Shown piece after piece: positions 12,049 through 25,086 of a stretch of 64,000 bases of DNA (position 1 is the stretch's first letter; each line of letters starts with the position of its first letter). This DNA comes from Tubulanus polymorphus (taxonomy: Eukaryota; Animalia; Nemertea). The position numbers were made by a program, and so were the translations under genes. Under the pieces are notes generated by a model, which made no database searches, was not told where the DNA came from, and saw only the letters and a program-made list of their open reading frames with translations. The stretch is from NCBI RefSeq assembly GCF_964204645.1, contig NC_134029.1, positions 16,114,950-16,178,949 on the forward strand. The letters run 5' to 3'.

Positions 12049-13805
12049 TCGTCGAATTCGAAAGTGGTTGTCGTCGTATTGTTATTTCTAGAGACCAGCA
12101 GTATGTTTTGCTACTGTTTCTGAATGGCGTTGACATTATGGAAATATATAACTCCTAAATAGGTTACATATCTGGATCACAGCACCTCACTTGCCGCAGT
12201 GCGTTATTTTCACTGCATAGTAATGCTAATACATAAACTTTTTTACTACTTGACTCAAAGCTTGACGCGAATCATCTGAACAGTACTGCGTTTGAAAACG
12301 AATAGAAAATGTTTGCGAGAAGCACCTGCAAATAAGTTATGATAAGATTAAATCTATGGTTAATCGATGCTTAAAAAAACAATTAAATCACAGGCAAGAT
12401 GACTAACAACCGTCTTTCAACCAATCAGCGCGATGCCAATTAATTAAATCATTAAACGCATTAGGCTCCTAATATTTGTGATCATTTGTCGTTCTTTAAA
12501 CTTGGCCACTTTTGTTTCAGAAAACCGCGTACTAGACCAGTGGTCACCAAGGCATTAAAAAAGTTTTGAAAATTCGATGGTAACGATTTGTCCGTCAAAA
12601 AACTGTTTCGTTAATATTTCAAGTTTTTTTTACTCTTGTACAGAATTCACTATATGAAAAGTGTTCATAGGAATTGAAATTCGGTGTGATATCAGTCACC
12701 TGTTACCCGTTTTTCATTGTCAGTTCTTTATTGCACTATCATGCGCTCTTCTAAAATAGAAAAGAACATGTGTGTTTCGTTATAAACAAGGTTAAATTCC
12801 AAACGCACATGAAATATCACACAATATACACATCTAGCATTTTCTCTAACTAGGCCCTTTCCAAATGGCAATTGTTTAGTTTTTTAACGGCCGACATTCA
12901 GAAGCACCTAAAAACCAGTGGTAGCGCCTGAGATTTTCAGTGTAGGTCACATCTCACATCGACTCGGCTCGCAGTCGGTTCGTTTAATGGGAACACATCT
13001 GGTTGACACTAGTTTCACAGTTGACGAAATCAGAAAACTTTTTTCAAATGCCTTTGATAACATCTTAAACATAGTATTCTTCTTAATTACATTTCGTTGA
13101 TTCCATAGATATGTTTTTATGAAAATTGCTCCAGTTATAACGGATTCAAACATACATGTGAAATCATTATTTTCAAAATATTCAATTTTCTCCGCTTTTG
13201 AAGAAATTCTGACACAATATCATCTCCACTCGACACATGATTTTACTTCGGCGCCTTTAAGGGAGTGTCTCTTAAAGTTGAGTTCTTACTTAGTCAAACA
13301 AGGAGATATGCCTGATTCCTTTTTAAAATTTAGATTTCGACAGATATCATCAAATTACTAGAAAGGGACAGCAGCGTTCGGTCATCCACGAAAAATACCT
13401 AAAATGCAGTCCTATGGTTATGGAAAAACAGGACACGAAACATACAGAAAAATCCTTTGTTTGGTTGACTGAAATTATTATTGAACTCTTAAATAGCGAC
13501 ATTCAGAGAAACAAAATCATAAGAATATAATCTCGCCCACCCGTTAAAAAACATAACGTAATGATATTGAGGCCATGTGTCATCTTTAATTGAAATCACA
13601 TTATATTCATTCTCATGCGAGGATGGGTCTCCAAATTCATAGGATAAGGAGAATGATGGTTTGAATGATGAATACAACTGATAAAGCGCCAATTTCACTG
13701 ATTCTTGCATATAAATGCTCAAGCGCTTTACAGTAATCGAGTAAACAGGTGCGTTTTTAGGAGTCTTTTGAATTTGAATTCAAATCGGGTGTTCATGACG
13801 ACTAT

Positions 13806-14212
13806 AGGCGCTTTTACGAAACTGAATCTTTGTAAATCGATTTAAGTTTCACGTTTACGGCACGCGGTTTAGTGAATCCGATTTGGTAAATCAACTCGTT
13901 TATGGACGCGGTTTAGTAAATTGATTTATTAAATCGACTAACTTGCTCGGCGAGCAAGTTAGTGGCGATTTAGTCATTGAAATCCAACATGGCGTCCTCT
14001 TCGACCGCAGGCTAAAGACATCTATTGCAGACCATCATCTATCAATAATTCGGTCACCATTGACGCCCATTTTCTTTCGAATCGCGACCTTTAGATTGAT
14101 AAATTGATTCGACTCGTTTACGAAAAACGATTCGATTTACTAATCCTTACGTTTTCCAACATCGAATCGGAATTAGCTAAACCGAATCAGATTCAATTTC
14201 GTAAAAGCGCCT
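13806..14212. mobile_element. PIF/Harbinger-like MITE with 3-bp TSD (TAT)
   Basis: tat|AGGCGCTTTTACGAAA..TTTCGTAAAAGCGCCT|tat; internal aatcga-rich repeats and a hairpin at 13937-13963. Confidence 0.8.
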
Positions 14213-16111
14213 TATAATTGAGCATTCTAGGGCTGGAGCAAGAAACGTGTGGGATCGTCCGCCAAGGTATCGCTAAGGAGTCAGTCCGTGGTGGCTTTTG
14301 AAAGCGACGACCGCATATGAATGCATTGATTGAATGACATCTCAAAAGTCAGATTATATAAAATTAAACATGATATACGGATAGGTTCTTCCAATTAGGC
14401 CTATACTGGTAAAAATGAAATGACCCAATATGTGATATAAATGTTCAATCAAAAAGTAGAAAGTGAATCCGTAATTCAGTATGGTAGGCCTATTGTTACA
14501 ACATCAAACACTCAAATTCAATCCTTTGTTAAATTGGAAGCCAGTGTAGATGAGCAAGTATCGTGGTCCCTGATTTTAGTTATCGTAATAATTCAAGCCA
14601 CGCGATTTTGAACTGTTCAACAAGTTCGAGTTTGTGTAAAGATGAATGAGTTTGAAATGGAGTGGACTTCAGATATTACTGTTTGCATGCCTATGTCTAT
14701 TACTTAATCTTTTTACTAATCATAGAAAATTGTGGTAAAATATTTGACTCGACGGTTGGTTTTAGATTGTATCTCTCCAAGCCAGAGGTAATCACGGATA
14801 TCGGACTACAAAAAAATTCCTTGTGTAAAGCTCAACTTTGTAAATTCCTGGAAAAGCTCGCCTCGGATATTTCAATAATGATTAAACATTAATTTTCCCA
14901 ACGAAAAACCTAAACAACCAATGTACGCTTGCTTTAAGTTTACCAATGCACTATCGTTGCTTTTTCTTTCTATTTGTACTGTTTGCCGCAAAAAGATTGC
15001 ATCCTCTATTACAGGATTTAAGGATAAAACTCTAAAACCAGTTAGTTTAAATTAACCATTATACAATATGATACATGACCAAATACACTGTTAATATGAA
15101 AAAGATCCAATATGTACACATTTCAAATCTCAAACCAAGTTTTATCATTAGAAAATAACGACACAACGTTCGATCGTTCACTAGAGATCATCTTTTTGAA
15201 TTTGTACACAGTGAATTTTCGTATCGTATTATGGTATTATCAATTCTCCGCATTTGAGTGTGACTATTCTACGAATACAAAGTTATTTTTAGCAATGAAG
15301 TTTTAATTGTCATTTTAAATGTTAACTATCCACTGGTATGTTAACTTACTAACTTTTGGCAACTGACCTCAAATCGTGGAATGGGCTCAGGTAGCCTGCT
15401 GATCCACTCTTTATTAATACTACTAAAGAAATATTCAGTATAAAAAGTAAAAAGTATATTAAAGTACTATTTATCTTTATATCGCAATAATTTGTGTACG
15501 TATGATTGAAAAACGATATTCTATGGAGTCTCGTGTTACGTACTTATGATTATTGTGTATAAGATCAATAATTAGCAACCCTCCACGGATACGAAGCAGC
15601 CTAAGTTTACATCCTACCATAATTTTCTCTAAACTCTCAGCATTATATCAAGATCGGTCTTAGAAAATATATGAAGGACGTGTTCACAGGTTAACGAGGC
15701 CAAAAATCTTCCTCAAAATTTCAAAATTTTTACGAGCAAAGATAATATACTTCATGCTTTTGGTGCAGAAATAATGGATGTCCACAAATTGCAAATTGTG
15801 TTTTCAAAGTAAACGATCCGAGTGTGGAATTGTTTCGAATTCAGGGTTCTCCCATTTACTCTCCGGTATTTTACAATGTTTCAATAAGATACGTAAGTCG
15901 CACTTTTGTTGTGATACAGCTTTCTCTATTGGTCAGCGTTGTTATCACTTAAAATTACCCATAAGTTTGAATTCTCACTGAACTACTACATCCCTTATAA
16001 CGAATATATATTTCATATGAGGCGATTAACTTTGATGATCTGCGGTCAGTGGACAGCAGTTACGAAACATTCAAAACTACTAGATTATCTTCCATCTATT
16101 CATTATTCATA

Positions 16112-16146
16112 TATATGATATGATATGATATGATATGATATGATAT
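16112..16146. repeat. (ATATG)n microsatellite
   Basis: atatgatatgatatg run. Confidence 0.9.
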
Positions 16147-16539
16147 AATATCTCCTTTAGTGTTCAGTTTAAACGTCTTGAACGCAAAAGTTTGACAAGT
16201 TTCGCATAATGGTACCGATACGCACGTTCACACTAGTGAAATGTGCACGTTACAGGCTAAAATGCGCACGTTACAATTACAAGTCGAAACGTTGTTCGTT
16301 CAAAACCCGATGTGAAAATCTTTTGCATTTAGTGGGAAATTTCAAAGTTAGCTCGCTTCCTACAATAAAAATTGGACAAGACTTTTAAAACGACACATTT
16401 AATAAGAGTAGTACTGACGAAGGATTCAGGCAATACCCCGTGTTATTTCTAAAAACATTTAACCGGTAATTAGACAGTACTGGTGTAGCTTGTACAGGTA
16501 AAAGAGTTGTTATATTTACGTTCAGACCGAATGAAATTA

Positions 16540-17100
16540 TTTGATACGAGACACGACTAAGTTGTGTCCGAAACAGATAAATATAGCTATGTGGTCAGTA
16601 TTGGTCAAGATTTGGTCACTTGAATAGTTGTTAGATGAAAGCCCACACCATTTCTAATTATTTGACACCAAACACGACTGTGTTGCTTCTAGAATAAACA
16701 AATTACTTTAAGGTCAGTATTGGTAAAATATTGGTCAGTTAAATAGTTGTTAGATCATAGCCCGCACCGTATCTAGTAGCTCGACGCCCAAACACGATTT
16801 TATTGCTTTACTAAACATATAAATTACATATGGTGGGTTCTAGTTAGTGGTAACTGGTCAGTACTGGTCAAGCATTGGTCAGTTAAACAATTTTTAGTTT
16901 AATGTCCACATTATATCTAGTTATTTGACACCAAATAACTTAATTGTTTGCAAAACAGATAATTTACTATATAGCCACTACTGGTCATGCATTGGTCAGT
17001 TGATAGACCAAGGTCCACGCCACGAGTTATTTGATACTAAACATCATTGTGTCGTTTCGGAAAATTTATCTGTTGGGCAATTTGTGGTCAGCCCTGGTTC
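16540..17100. repeat. Diverged tandem repeat, about 120-145 bp unit, 4-5 copies
   Basis: Recurring ggtcagtattggtca..ttggtcagtt and tatttgacaccaaa motifs. Confidence 0.75.
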
Positions 17101-17659
17101 GTTAGTTCTTATTTTGCGGGCATTTTATCTCGAACCACCGAAAGACTGAATTACTAATTAATTCAACAGATCATTAATTAATGGAAATGAAGATCAGTGT
17201 TAACTAAGTCCTTAGTCTGAATAAAATGTATGTGGTATTATATGGGTGCTATGGTGCTGTACACCGAACTGTAACTTTTTATTTTCACTACTACCGTAAT
17301 TGACTATGATGTTTTCAAGTGGTCTTAAGTACCGCTAATAGCCGAAAGTCGTTGATTTATGTGAAATTTACACACAGCGCCACCCGTTGGTAGTAAAAGT
17401 CACCCGAGCAATACTGGTGTTAAATAGATACGCTAGCAAACCGGCATTCTCATAATGACATCTGATTGATAATGATAATGATAATGTAAATTGTTATTTG
17501 CGTTAACCTCATTTGAAAGTATTACGTCGGTTTTTCATTATGTATATAATCCATATTTTATCATGTTAAATGTGTCATATTGTAATCCTTTAATTCATGT
17601 ATCATCAACAAACTTGTCTGTTTTTTATGATGAATAAATTGATTTGAATTGAATTGAGG

Positions 17660-17901
17660 GATGTGTGACGTCAACGTCTAGCGAGTATGGTATTTAGACC
17701 TGACCGATAATGGCTGCGCCCACGGTTATGACGTACGCGATGCGGCGGACTATACAGACTGTCAACAGAGCCCATTTTGTAGGACTTTTTTCTTCTCTTG
17801 TTACGTCATCATCACCTATAAAAGTGATTCGAAGAAATTTAAGCGTCAAAGACCTAATGATATATTCTCAAATCAACAAATCCATAAGGATTTTGGTAAG
17901 T
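17660..17901 (+). promoter_or_regulatory. Possible promoter and first exon with splice donor
   Basis: CpG-rich patch with TGACGTCA and TTACGTCA (CRE-like) and ATGGCTGCGCCC motifs, followed by TTG|GTAAGT at 17896. Inferred from motifs only. Confidence 0.4.
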
Positions 17902-17927
17902 TCAACGCGGTGCCGGTAGGCGGTAGG

Positions 17928-20900
17928 CACAGGGACTTGTCACAATTGATAGTGAATGAATAAAACCAATATCAATGACCAGGTCCACTATCCCTGTATG
18001 ATATAAAAAACAAGGGTGGCAACAAATTTTCAATCTGACAATGACTTCTCCACTTCAATCGACTGTAATTCCAAAAATTCTCAACCGATTCACATGAAAT
18101 AAGCTTTAATACAACCTAGACGACTTTCTGCTTCCAACGAGCCTTTAACCACCACTCTAGGCTCCTACTAAAAGCCGACCAGCGCCGACCAGCGCCGACC
18201 AGCGCCGTCCAAGCGCCGACCAGCGCCGTCCAAGCGCCGACCAGCGCCGACCAGCTATCAAAAGCGCCGACCAGATACGCTTACCTAAACGGATATAAAC
18301 GGATTATAACTGCTTTAGTCGCGGTTCCAGTTTGTTGAAATAGGCTATAAACTCTGGTGCTGATTCCATTATGAAATGGAAAGGGAATTTGATGATTTTG
18401 TAGTTTCAATGATGAATTTGAAAGGAGGATATTACGAATTGATGATGTCGATTGAAGAATCTTAACATTTTCATTAACTAAACACAAAATGTCATCAACA
18501 TATTTAATCAAAAATTTCGGTTTAGAAACAGTGTTATTATGGAGAATTTCAGAAGTTAGCAAAAATTTGAAATAAAGGATACCATATAAAAAGTCGGAAA
18601 TTTGAAACATTTTGTCCGAAATTCCCTTCTTAACAAAGTCGGTTTGAGATTTCAAAGTTTATCTAAATGATCGTTATGACGCCACGTGATCTGTTATTCC
18701 AATGTGAGAATCAGTCAGCAGAAAAATAAAATCTAATTAGTCAAATAATGATTTGATAGTACATATTTAAGTACAATAAATACATGTACCAACCTTTGCA
18801 AGGATATTGGAGAGTTGTCTTTCCTTTTCTTTTTCGTAGTGGTGCCATTGGAATAAAATTTCGTTAAACGTCCCGTGTGTGCTGTTAGCGCTCTCTTGCT
18901 CAGAGAATAGTCCGAAAAGAACTGTGACCCCTGTTATTTTCGCCCAGTTTATATACAATTCAGGGATGACTAATTAAAAACCAATGTAATTAGTCAATGG
19001 AATTGATATATTTATAAGTTTATTTTATGTCCATTGATCTTAAAGTCAATTGGTCAACGGGTCATTGTTTTAACAGATCAAAAGAATTACTAAATTGGTT
19101 TTTGATGACAAGCCCAGTAAAATTCAAACGGTTTAAGTAATTATATCTTAAAGTTGCGTGTGTCGAATGATTGCACACATCTAATTAGTGGATGATCACA
19201 GTTATTTTATTCCTTTCATCAGTAATTCCTTTCTTTTATTTAATTGAGAAGTGCGTTCTTGACTTCAGTTCACATGCTACTTCCCCTGGACCAATGATCA
19301 AAGCTGTTATGAACGTCCTTATTAATTTTAGCGCGTGTACGTGACGAGAGTAAAAATCTATTAGGCAAATATCATACGAGATGTATGATATACACATAAA
19401 CATACATGAAAAAGAAAGAAAGATTTTAAGTTGTTTGCATTTTCTTTTATTTCAAATAACGATAGTATATGAAATCCCAGTCATATTTAATGCAAGCTTA
19501 ACATGAAAAAATAAACCTGATCAATATACCAATTTCAATTTAATTTTGCCATATGAAATTATAAATCTAAAAGTACATCAGACAGCAGAATACATTTTAA
19601 CGAATATGTCTTGGACATGAAAACTCAGTAAAAAATTAACACGAACACAATGCAATCCAAGTAAATATAACCATTTGAATCTAATTTTGCATGTAGTCAT
19701 AGGTAAGACAGCAGCATACATTTTTAACGAATTGTCTAGGAAATCGGGGCTTGGACGGCGCCGGTCGGCGCTTGGACGGCGCTGGTCGGCGCTTGGACGG
19801 CGCTGGTCGGCGCTGGTCGGCGCTAGTGGGCGCTGGTCGGCGCTAGTCGGCGCTGGTCGGCTTTTAGTAGGAGCGCCACTCTAGGACAATTATCTCACAA
19901 CGAAATCACCGTTTTTTGACGAGAGATAGCTCAAATTGGAGGTGTACCGATTCTATGGTGGACAGCAAAATGGTCGTATTTTTCACTTCAAACTATGATT
20001 TCTATGTGAGATCTTAGAGAAAACCCCAACAAACCATACATTTTTTAAAACTACGTGGTCATACCTGTACGCTTATCTCATTTATTTGTATAATCCACGC
20101 GATGGGTGAGCTCACAAGCTCAAAATCGAAAATGAGGGCGAACACGGCGTTCAACTTGTCATCAACTGGGCGGCCATTAATCACGTGATATCGTAGTAAC
20201 GGGCTAAATATTTCACGCGCATTGATTGGCTTAGAGATTTCGAAAAACATTACAAAATTTATTAAAAGTTCTGTTAATTAATAAAATATCCGTATTATGA
20301 AAATATAGTGCAACATTCGTCTGAGGGGTGGTATTATTAGCAAATATTTCCTTTTTTCAAGTCTACAGACGTAGACTTGTCGCGGTTCTATTAACATAGC
20401 CCGAACCTGCACGTCACGTGATTAATGGCCGCCAGCGCGATAGTGCGAGGTGACTTTTTCGTATATTTGTTCGATTTTGAGCTTGCGAGCTCACCCATCG
20501 CGTGGATTATACAAATAAATGAGATAAGCGTACAGGTATGACCGCGTAGTTTTAAAAAATGTATGGTTTGTTGGGGTTATCTCTAAGATTTCACATAGAA
20601 ATCATCGTTTGAAGTGAAAAATATGACCATTTTGCTGTCCACCATAGAATCGGTACATCTCCAATTTGAGCTATCTCTCGTCAAAAAACGGTGATTTCGT
20701 TGTGAGATAATTGTCCTAGAGTGGTGGTTAAAGGCTCGTTGGAAGCAGAAAGTCTTCTAGGTTGTATTTAAGCTTATTTCATGTGAATCGGTTGAGAATT
20801 TTTGGAATTACAGTCGATTGAAGTGGAGAAGTCATTGTCAGATTGAAAATTTGTTGCCACCCTTGTTATTTTATTATACAGTTGCAGGGATACTGGTACC

Positions 20901-20945
20901 CCCATCATTGGTCTCATCCATTATCAGTCGTGACAAGTCCCTGTG
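17928..20945. mobile_element. Foldback element with about 550-bp TIRs, CACAGGG termini and 8-bp TSD gcggtagg (P/Galileo-like)
   Basis: Left arm (17928-18160 plus 19885-20205) is the reverse complement of 20395-20945; TSD at 17920-17927 and 20946-20953. Confidence 0.9.
18161..19875. mobile_element. MULE-like non-autonomous element with agcgccgacc subterminal arrays; TSD ccactctag
   Basis: gctcctactaaaagccgacc / ggtcggcttttagtaggagc TIRs; TSD at 18152-18160 and 19876-19884; the empty site survives in the opposite foldback arm. Confidence 0.88.
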
Positions 20946-20960
20946 GCGGTAGGGGTCATC

Positions 20961-21567
20961 AGGCGCTATAGCACTTTCGTACCCCCTCCGAAAATTTTTT
21001 ATTTCAGCATATTTATTATCAGGGAGGTCTAGGGATTCAAAATCAGTAACTTTTGACCCAAAAAACTTACTTTTACTTGGTTAACATTTAGATATTTTGG
21101 GCCCTAAATCGCGTGTAAAATCGCCGATTCGCGACGTCAACAACGCCATATTGGATGTCAATCAAAGTTTCTAACCCTCTACTGAAATGTCATGACATTA
21201 AAACTTTGCAAAAACCATTTTTTCAAACATAACCATCTCTGAAAATGACGCGTATGTTTGCATTATTTTCATACTTAGCTAATGATCTAAAGATGATCTG
21301 ATGAAGAAAAGTTTTACGCCCAAAAACGAAATTTTGTCAATTAAATTCAATTAAATTTATTGAGATACATTTATTCAGATGTTTTTAGGTGGTAATTAGT
21401 GCGGAAACATGGCCGACCGGTTGGTTTGAATCGAGGAAATCGGTCCCAAATTATCAGAATTTTGGCTAGGAAAAAATAAATTTTTTTTGACTCTACAGAC
21501 CTCCCTGATAAACAATATACAGAAATAAAAATTGTTCGGAGGGGGGTACGAAAGTGCAATAGCGCCG
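20961..21567. mobile_element. MITE with 6-bp TSD gtcatc; partial second copy at about 58322-58500
   Basis: ggcgctatagcactttcgtaccccctccgaa / ttcggaggggggtacgaaagtgcaatagcgcc inverted ends. Confidence 0.85.
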
Positions 21568-21610
21568 GTCATCCTTATTACCGAGATGACGTATTTTACC
21601 GAGATCAACC

Positions 21611-22351
21611 CACAGGGGTTTGGGGATGGGCTTGGATTTTATTTCCGGGTTGTTGATAATCTCGCGAGAATGGCGCTAAATATGAACTGCGAATAAATTC
21701 AAAATATCACGGAAATACCTTGTGTTTATATTGTTTATTCATCCACTATAAAGTTCTGATAAGCTATTGGTCATTAAGAATCATTATCAGACGGTCGTCA
21801 TACGACGGCTATATAAAATAACAAGGTATGAAACGCAGTTCAATGTCGTGCCAGCCAGAAAGTTGGGACAGTCACGTGACTTTTCTTCTCATGTGACGCT
21901 TCTTATTTGACTGAACGCGAACCTGAAGCATATAAGATGGAAACTATGATACGAAAAATATTTGAGAATAACTTACATTCAAATGCATTTTTTTACTATG
22001 AATTATATATTTCATCATAATTTATTCTTTATAAGTTATTTATTTCATATGAATCATAATCTGACAATTGATATCGGTATGTGAATATGTAACTTTTCGT
22101 GTTGAAGTTTTAAATGCGATGATGTCATCAGTGACATCCCTTGTTATTTTATATAGCCGTCTGACGACCGTCTGGTAATGATTCTTAACGACCAATAGTT
22201 TATCAGAACTTTATAGTGGATAAATAAACAATATAAACACAAGGTATTTCTGTGATACTTTGAATTTATTCGCAGTTCATATTTAGCGCCATTCTCGCAA
22301 GATTATCAACAACCCGGAAATAAAATCCAAGCCCATCGCCAAACCCCTGTG
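21611..22351. mobile_element. Foldback MITE, CACAGGG termini, about 220-bp TIRs, 8-bp TSD gatcaacc (P-like)
   Basis: 21611-21830 is the reverse complement of 22135-22351; TSD at 21603-21610 and 22352-22359. Confidence 0.9.
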
Positions 22352-22759
22352 GATCAACCGAGATCAACCGAGATGAAATAAAATATAACATATTTATTTA
22401 TTCCTTATCGATTTTAACACTTGAAATCATGTAATATCAGTAATAAATACCTTCTAGAGTCACATTTTACATATTTTTTTATTTAAAAAAAATTCTGACT
22501 TCAAATACGTAAACTCGGTTAGCAATAAAATTTCATTGAATTTGATTGATCGACAATCTCATCTCGGTAAAGTTAAAAGTTATTTTTCTACAAAAATATA
22601 CAACGAAATATGTAAAATATGACTCCAGCAGGCATTTATTACTGATATAATATGATTTCAATGGTAAAAATCGATAAGGACTAAATAAATATGTTATATT
22701 TAATTTCATCTCGGTAAAATACACCATCTCGGTAATAAGGATGACCGGGCGGTAGTTAC

Positions 22760-23105
22760 GGCGTTTTTATTTAAGCAACTCGTATAAAATCGCTTTGCTC
22801 CGTCGATTACTGTCACGTGGTACAAATCGAATAGCCTTAGATAAATGACCCTACTCTCCTTAACCGGAACCTGAATTTTCTGCAATTGAAAAAGCCGCCA
22901 TTTTGTTTTTGATCCATCACCGAACGCTCCGCTGTCGTAGCAAATCGAATCAAAGCGCTTCGATGAGCGATTTGGTCGCTTTGGGTACTCGCGTTGGCGA
23001 TTTGGTTAAATAAATGGACATTGTAGGCAAATCGTTGTAGGCGCGTTGCTTAAATAAATGGGCGATTCGATCCGTGTTGATTCGAGTTGCTTGAATAAAA
23101 ACGCC
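22760..23105. mobile_element. PIF/Harbinger-like MITE
   Basis: GGCGTTTTTATTTAAGCAACTCG / CGAGTTGCTTGAATAAAAACGCC inverted ends. Confidence 0.8.
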
Positions 23106-23262
23106 TCTAATCGTTGGTGGTAAGCTTTAATCGGATTGGCTTACCAACGTTAGGGATGACAAGGGCCAAAACACGGTTGAAAAAAGGGAACACTTCAAAA
23201 ATATACTTTCTATTTACTTCAGTCCATAACTAATTCACAAACTAACACAGGTACCTTTTGAA

Positions 23263-24429
23263 TAGTCTGAATACCGGTAAATGTTAGAGATCCTATAACC
23301 GAGTCGTACACAAAATGGCGGCTTTTTCAATTGATAAGATCAGAAGGGTTACTATCAAGAGGGTTTAGGGTTAGGGTAAGGTGAGGCGTTAGGGTAGGGT
23401 AAGGTGAGGCTATAGGGTTAGGGTTAGGTGAGGCTTTAGGGTTAGGATTAGGTGAGGCTTTACAGCTTATTACAATAAGGTAGCTTAAGGTTAGACTGTA
23501 TGTAGTTATAAAACCAGTGAATCGGCAAACTAGCATCGCTAGCGCCTTGGGGTAATGTTATGCTTACGCTCACGAAGTTCCGTGTTCGAGTCCCGATTTT
23601 TAGTTACTTTTCAAGAGTTTCTAAGTCCAGGCAGTCAATGCGCATGCGCGACGAGTCGGTTATAGGATCTAACATCTACCCTGAATACCATTCGTTGTTA
23701 CGGTTCCCTGCAACGTCTGACGCTAAAGTATCATATAGAGGTTAACTCCTGTTAATTGCAATGCAACAACTGATTTTAGTGTCAAATCAAACCATTGTAC
23801 TAAAATGAATTAATAAGTTACCTTGTTGACTTTGAAAATGTGTTTTATAATAAAATTTTTGATGATTTAAATTGCGAACCGGAGATTTTATTGATTTGAT
23901 TTGAATTGAATTGATTGCCACTATCAGGATTTACAATACGGACTAAATTAATAAAATGTGAAAATTCAATATGTCTCTCTAAAATTACTCTAAATGTTAT
24001 TTTTGTTGATAAAATGCATAAATTTTTGTCAATTTTAACCGTAAGAATTTGAAACAAGAAAAATATCTGCATTTGCACAATGTCAGTCCAAGTTCATGTC
24101 CGAATCCGTAATTTACACTCACATCATGCACCACGAAAAGCCACCATATTTGTTACGTTGCTTCACTGCAACTGTTTTTTGAGGCGACTAGTCAAAAGTT
24201 TTGAGCTACTACGATCGTCAAAAACTACTTAGGATTACAAATTTATGCACAAACATTAGTCAACTTCCATCTGATTACAGAACAGTCAGTTCGAAGTAAG
24301 TTGATGGTGTTTTAGGGGTGAAATAGACGCTCAAAGCCTCGTCCCTCAAAATGAAGGACGAAAATTAACCTTGTATGAGCACTTTCGCCCTAGACGTTGT
24401 TTGAGGAACAACAGCTAGGTACTAGACTA
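23263..24429. mobile_element. AcademH-like MITE copy 1; 9-bp TSD ccttttgaa
   Basis: TAGTCTGAATACC..GGTACTAGACTA; TSD at 23254-23262 and 24430-24438; colinear with 25763-26499. Confidence 0.85.
23276..23680. mobile_element. MULE-like MITE with 9-bp TSD ctgaatacc, carrying degenerate TTAGGG repeats
   Basis: ggtaaatgttagagatcctataaccga / tcggttataggatctaacatctacc; the empty site is visible in copy 2 at 25763. Confidence 0.88.
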
Positions 24430-25086
24430 CCTTTTGAAATAATCCAATTTAATGTATGTTTCGAGTGATTAATCAACATTATTTGAGAAAATAATTAATT
24501 TCTCCACAAATTTCGCCATTGGACGCCATTTCTCTGTATTGCACATGTGGCATGATAAGAGAAGGGGACCTACAAGGATTTATATAAAAATTTTTGATGG
24601 TTTTCCAACATGCATGTCAAATCTTCGTGCTTTCCATCATAAATAATGAAATAATAAAGTATGGATGAAGAAAAATGTGAATCAGTGTGGATTTCTTGAA
24701 TTTTTCAATTTCGTCGTTTCGGTTCGTTAGTTTGTGCTGTTGTCCTGGCCTCAGTCCACAGGTGCCAGCACCCTCCACAAGTTTTCAAAATGGCCGCCGT
24801 TGAATTGACGGCAATTTACTCTCACTTTACAGCCGATTTGCACATGGATTAAGAGCGTCAGGTGAGGTGTTATAGGTATCAAACAAACTACGAATCTGTT
24901 GTGCGTTGATAACAACAAAAATTAGATGGATATCTCAAAAGACCAGAAAATACCAGGCAAATTACTTGTGAGTCAAATTGACTCACGAAGATTTCATTGA
25001 AAAATGACCTTCCCATTCCTGACAGTGGTTTGTGAAAATATCTGATCGTGAAACTAAACCACAGACAGGTTACTGACTAGGTAGGC

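Larger units (their letters stand above)
20954..22747. mobile_element. TIR element GGTCATCCTTATTACCGAGATG..CATCTCGGTAATAAGGATGACC; TSD ggcggtag
   Basis: Inverted ends at 21567-21588 (left end split by an insertion) and 22725-22746; ggcggtag at 17919-17926 and 22748-22755. Confidence 0.8.
17924..25079. mobile_element. AcademH-like non-autonomous element, outer host of the nest; 9-bp TSD ggtaggcgg
   Basis: TAG start, ends GGTTACTGACTA; TSD at 17915-17923 and 25080-25088. The remaining pieces (23108-23200, 24470-24560, 25050-25079) match the uninterrupted copy at 43533-44217 in reverse. Confidence 0.75.

Noticed and set aside
12900-13730. Short ORFs of 60-80 aa
   Set aside because: No motifs; lengths expected by chance.
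17213-17700. Possible further TAGTCTGAATA element
   Set aside because: The right end is degenerate and no TSD was found.
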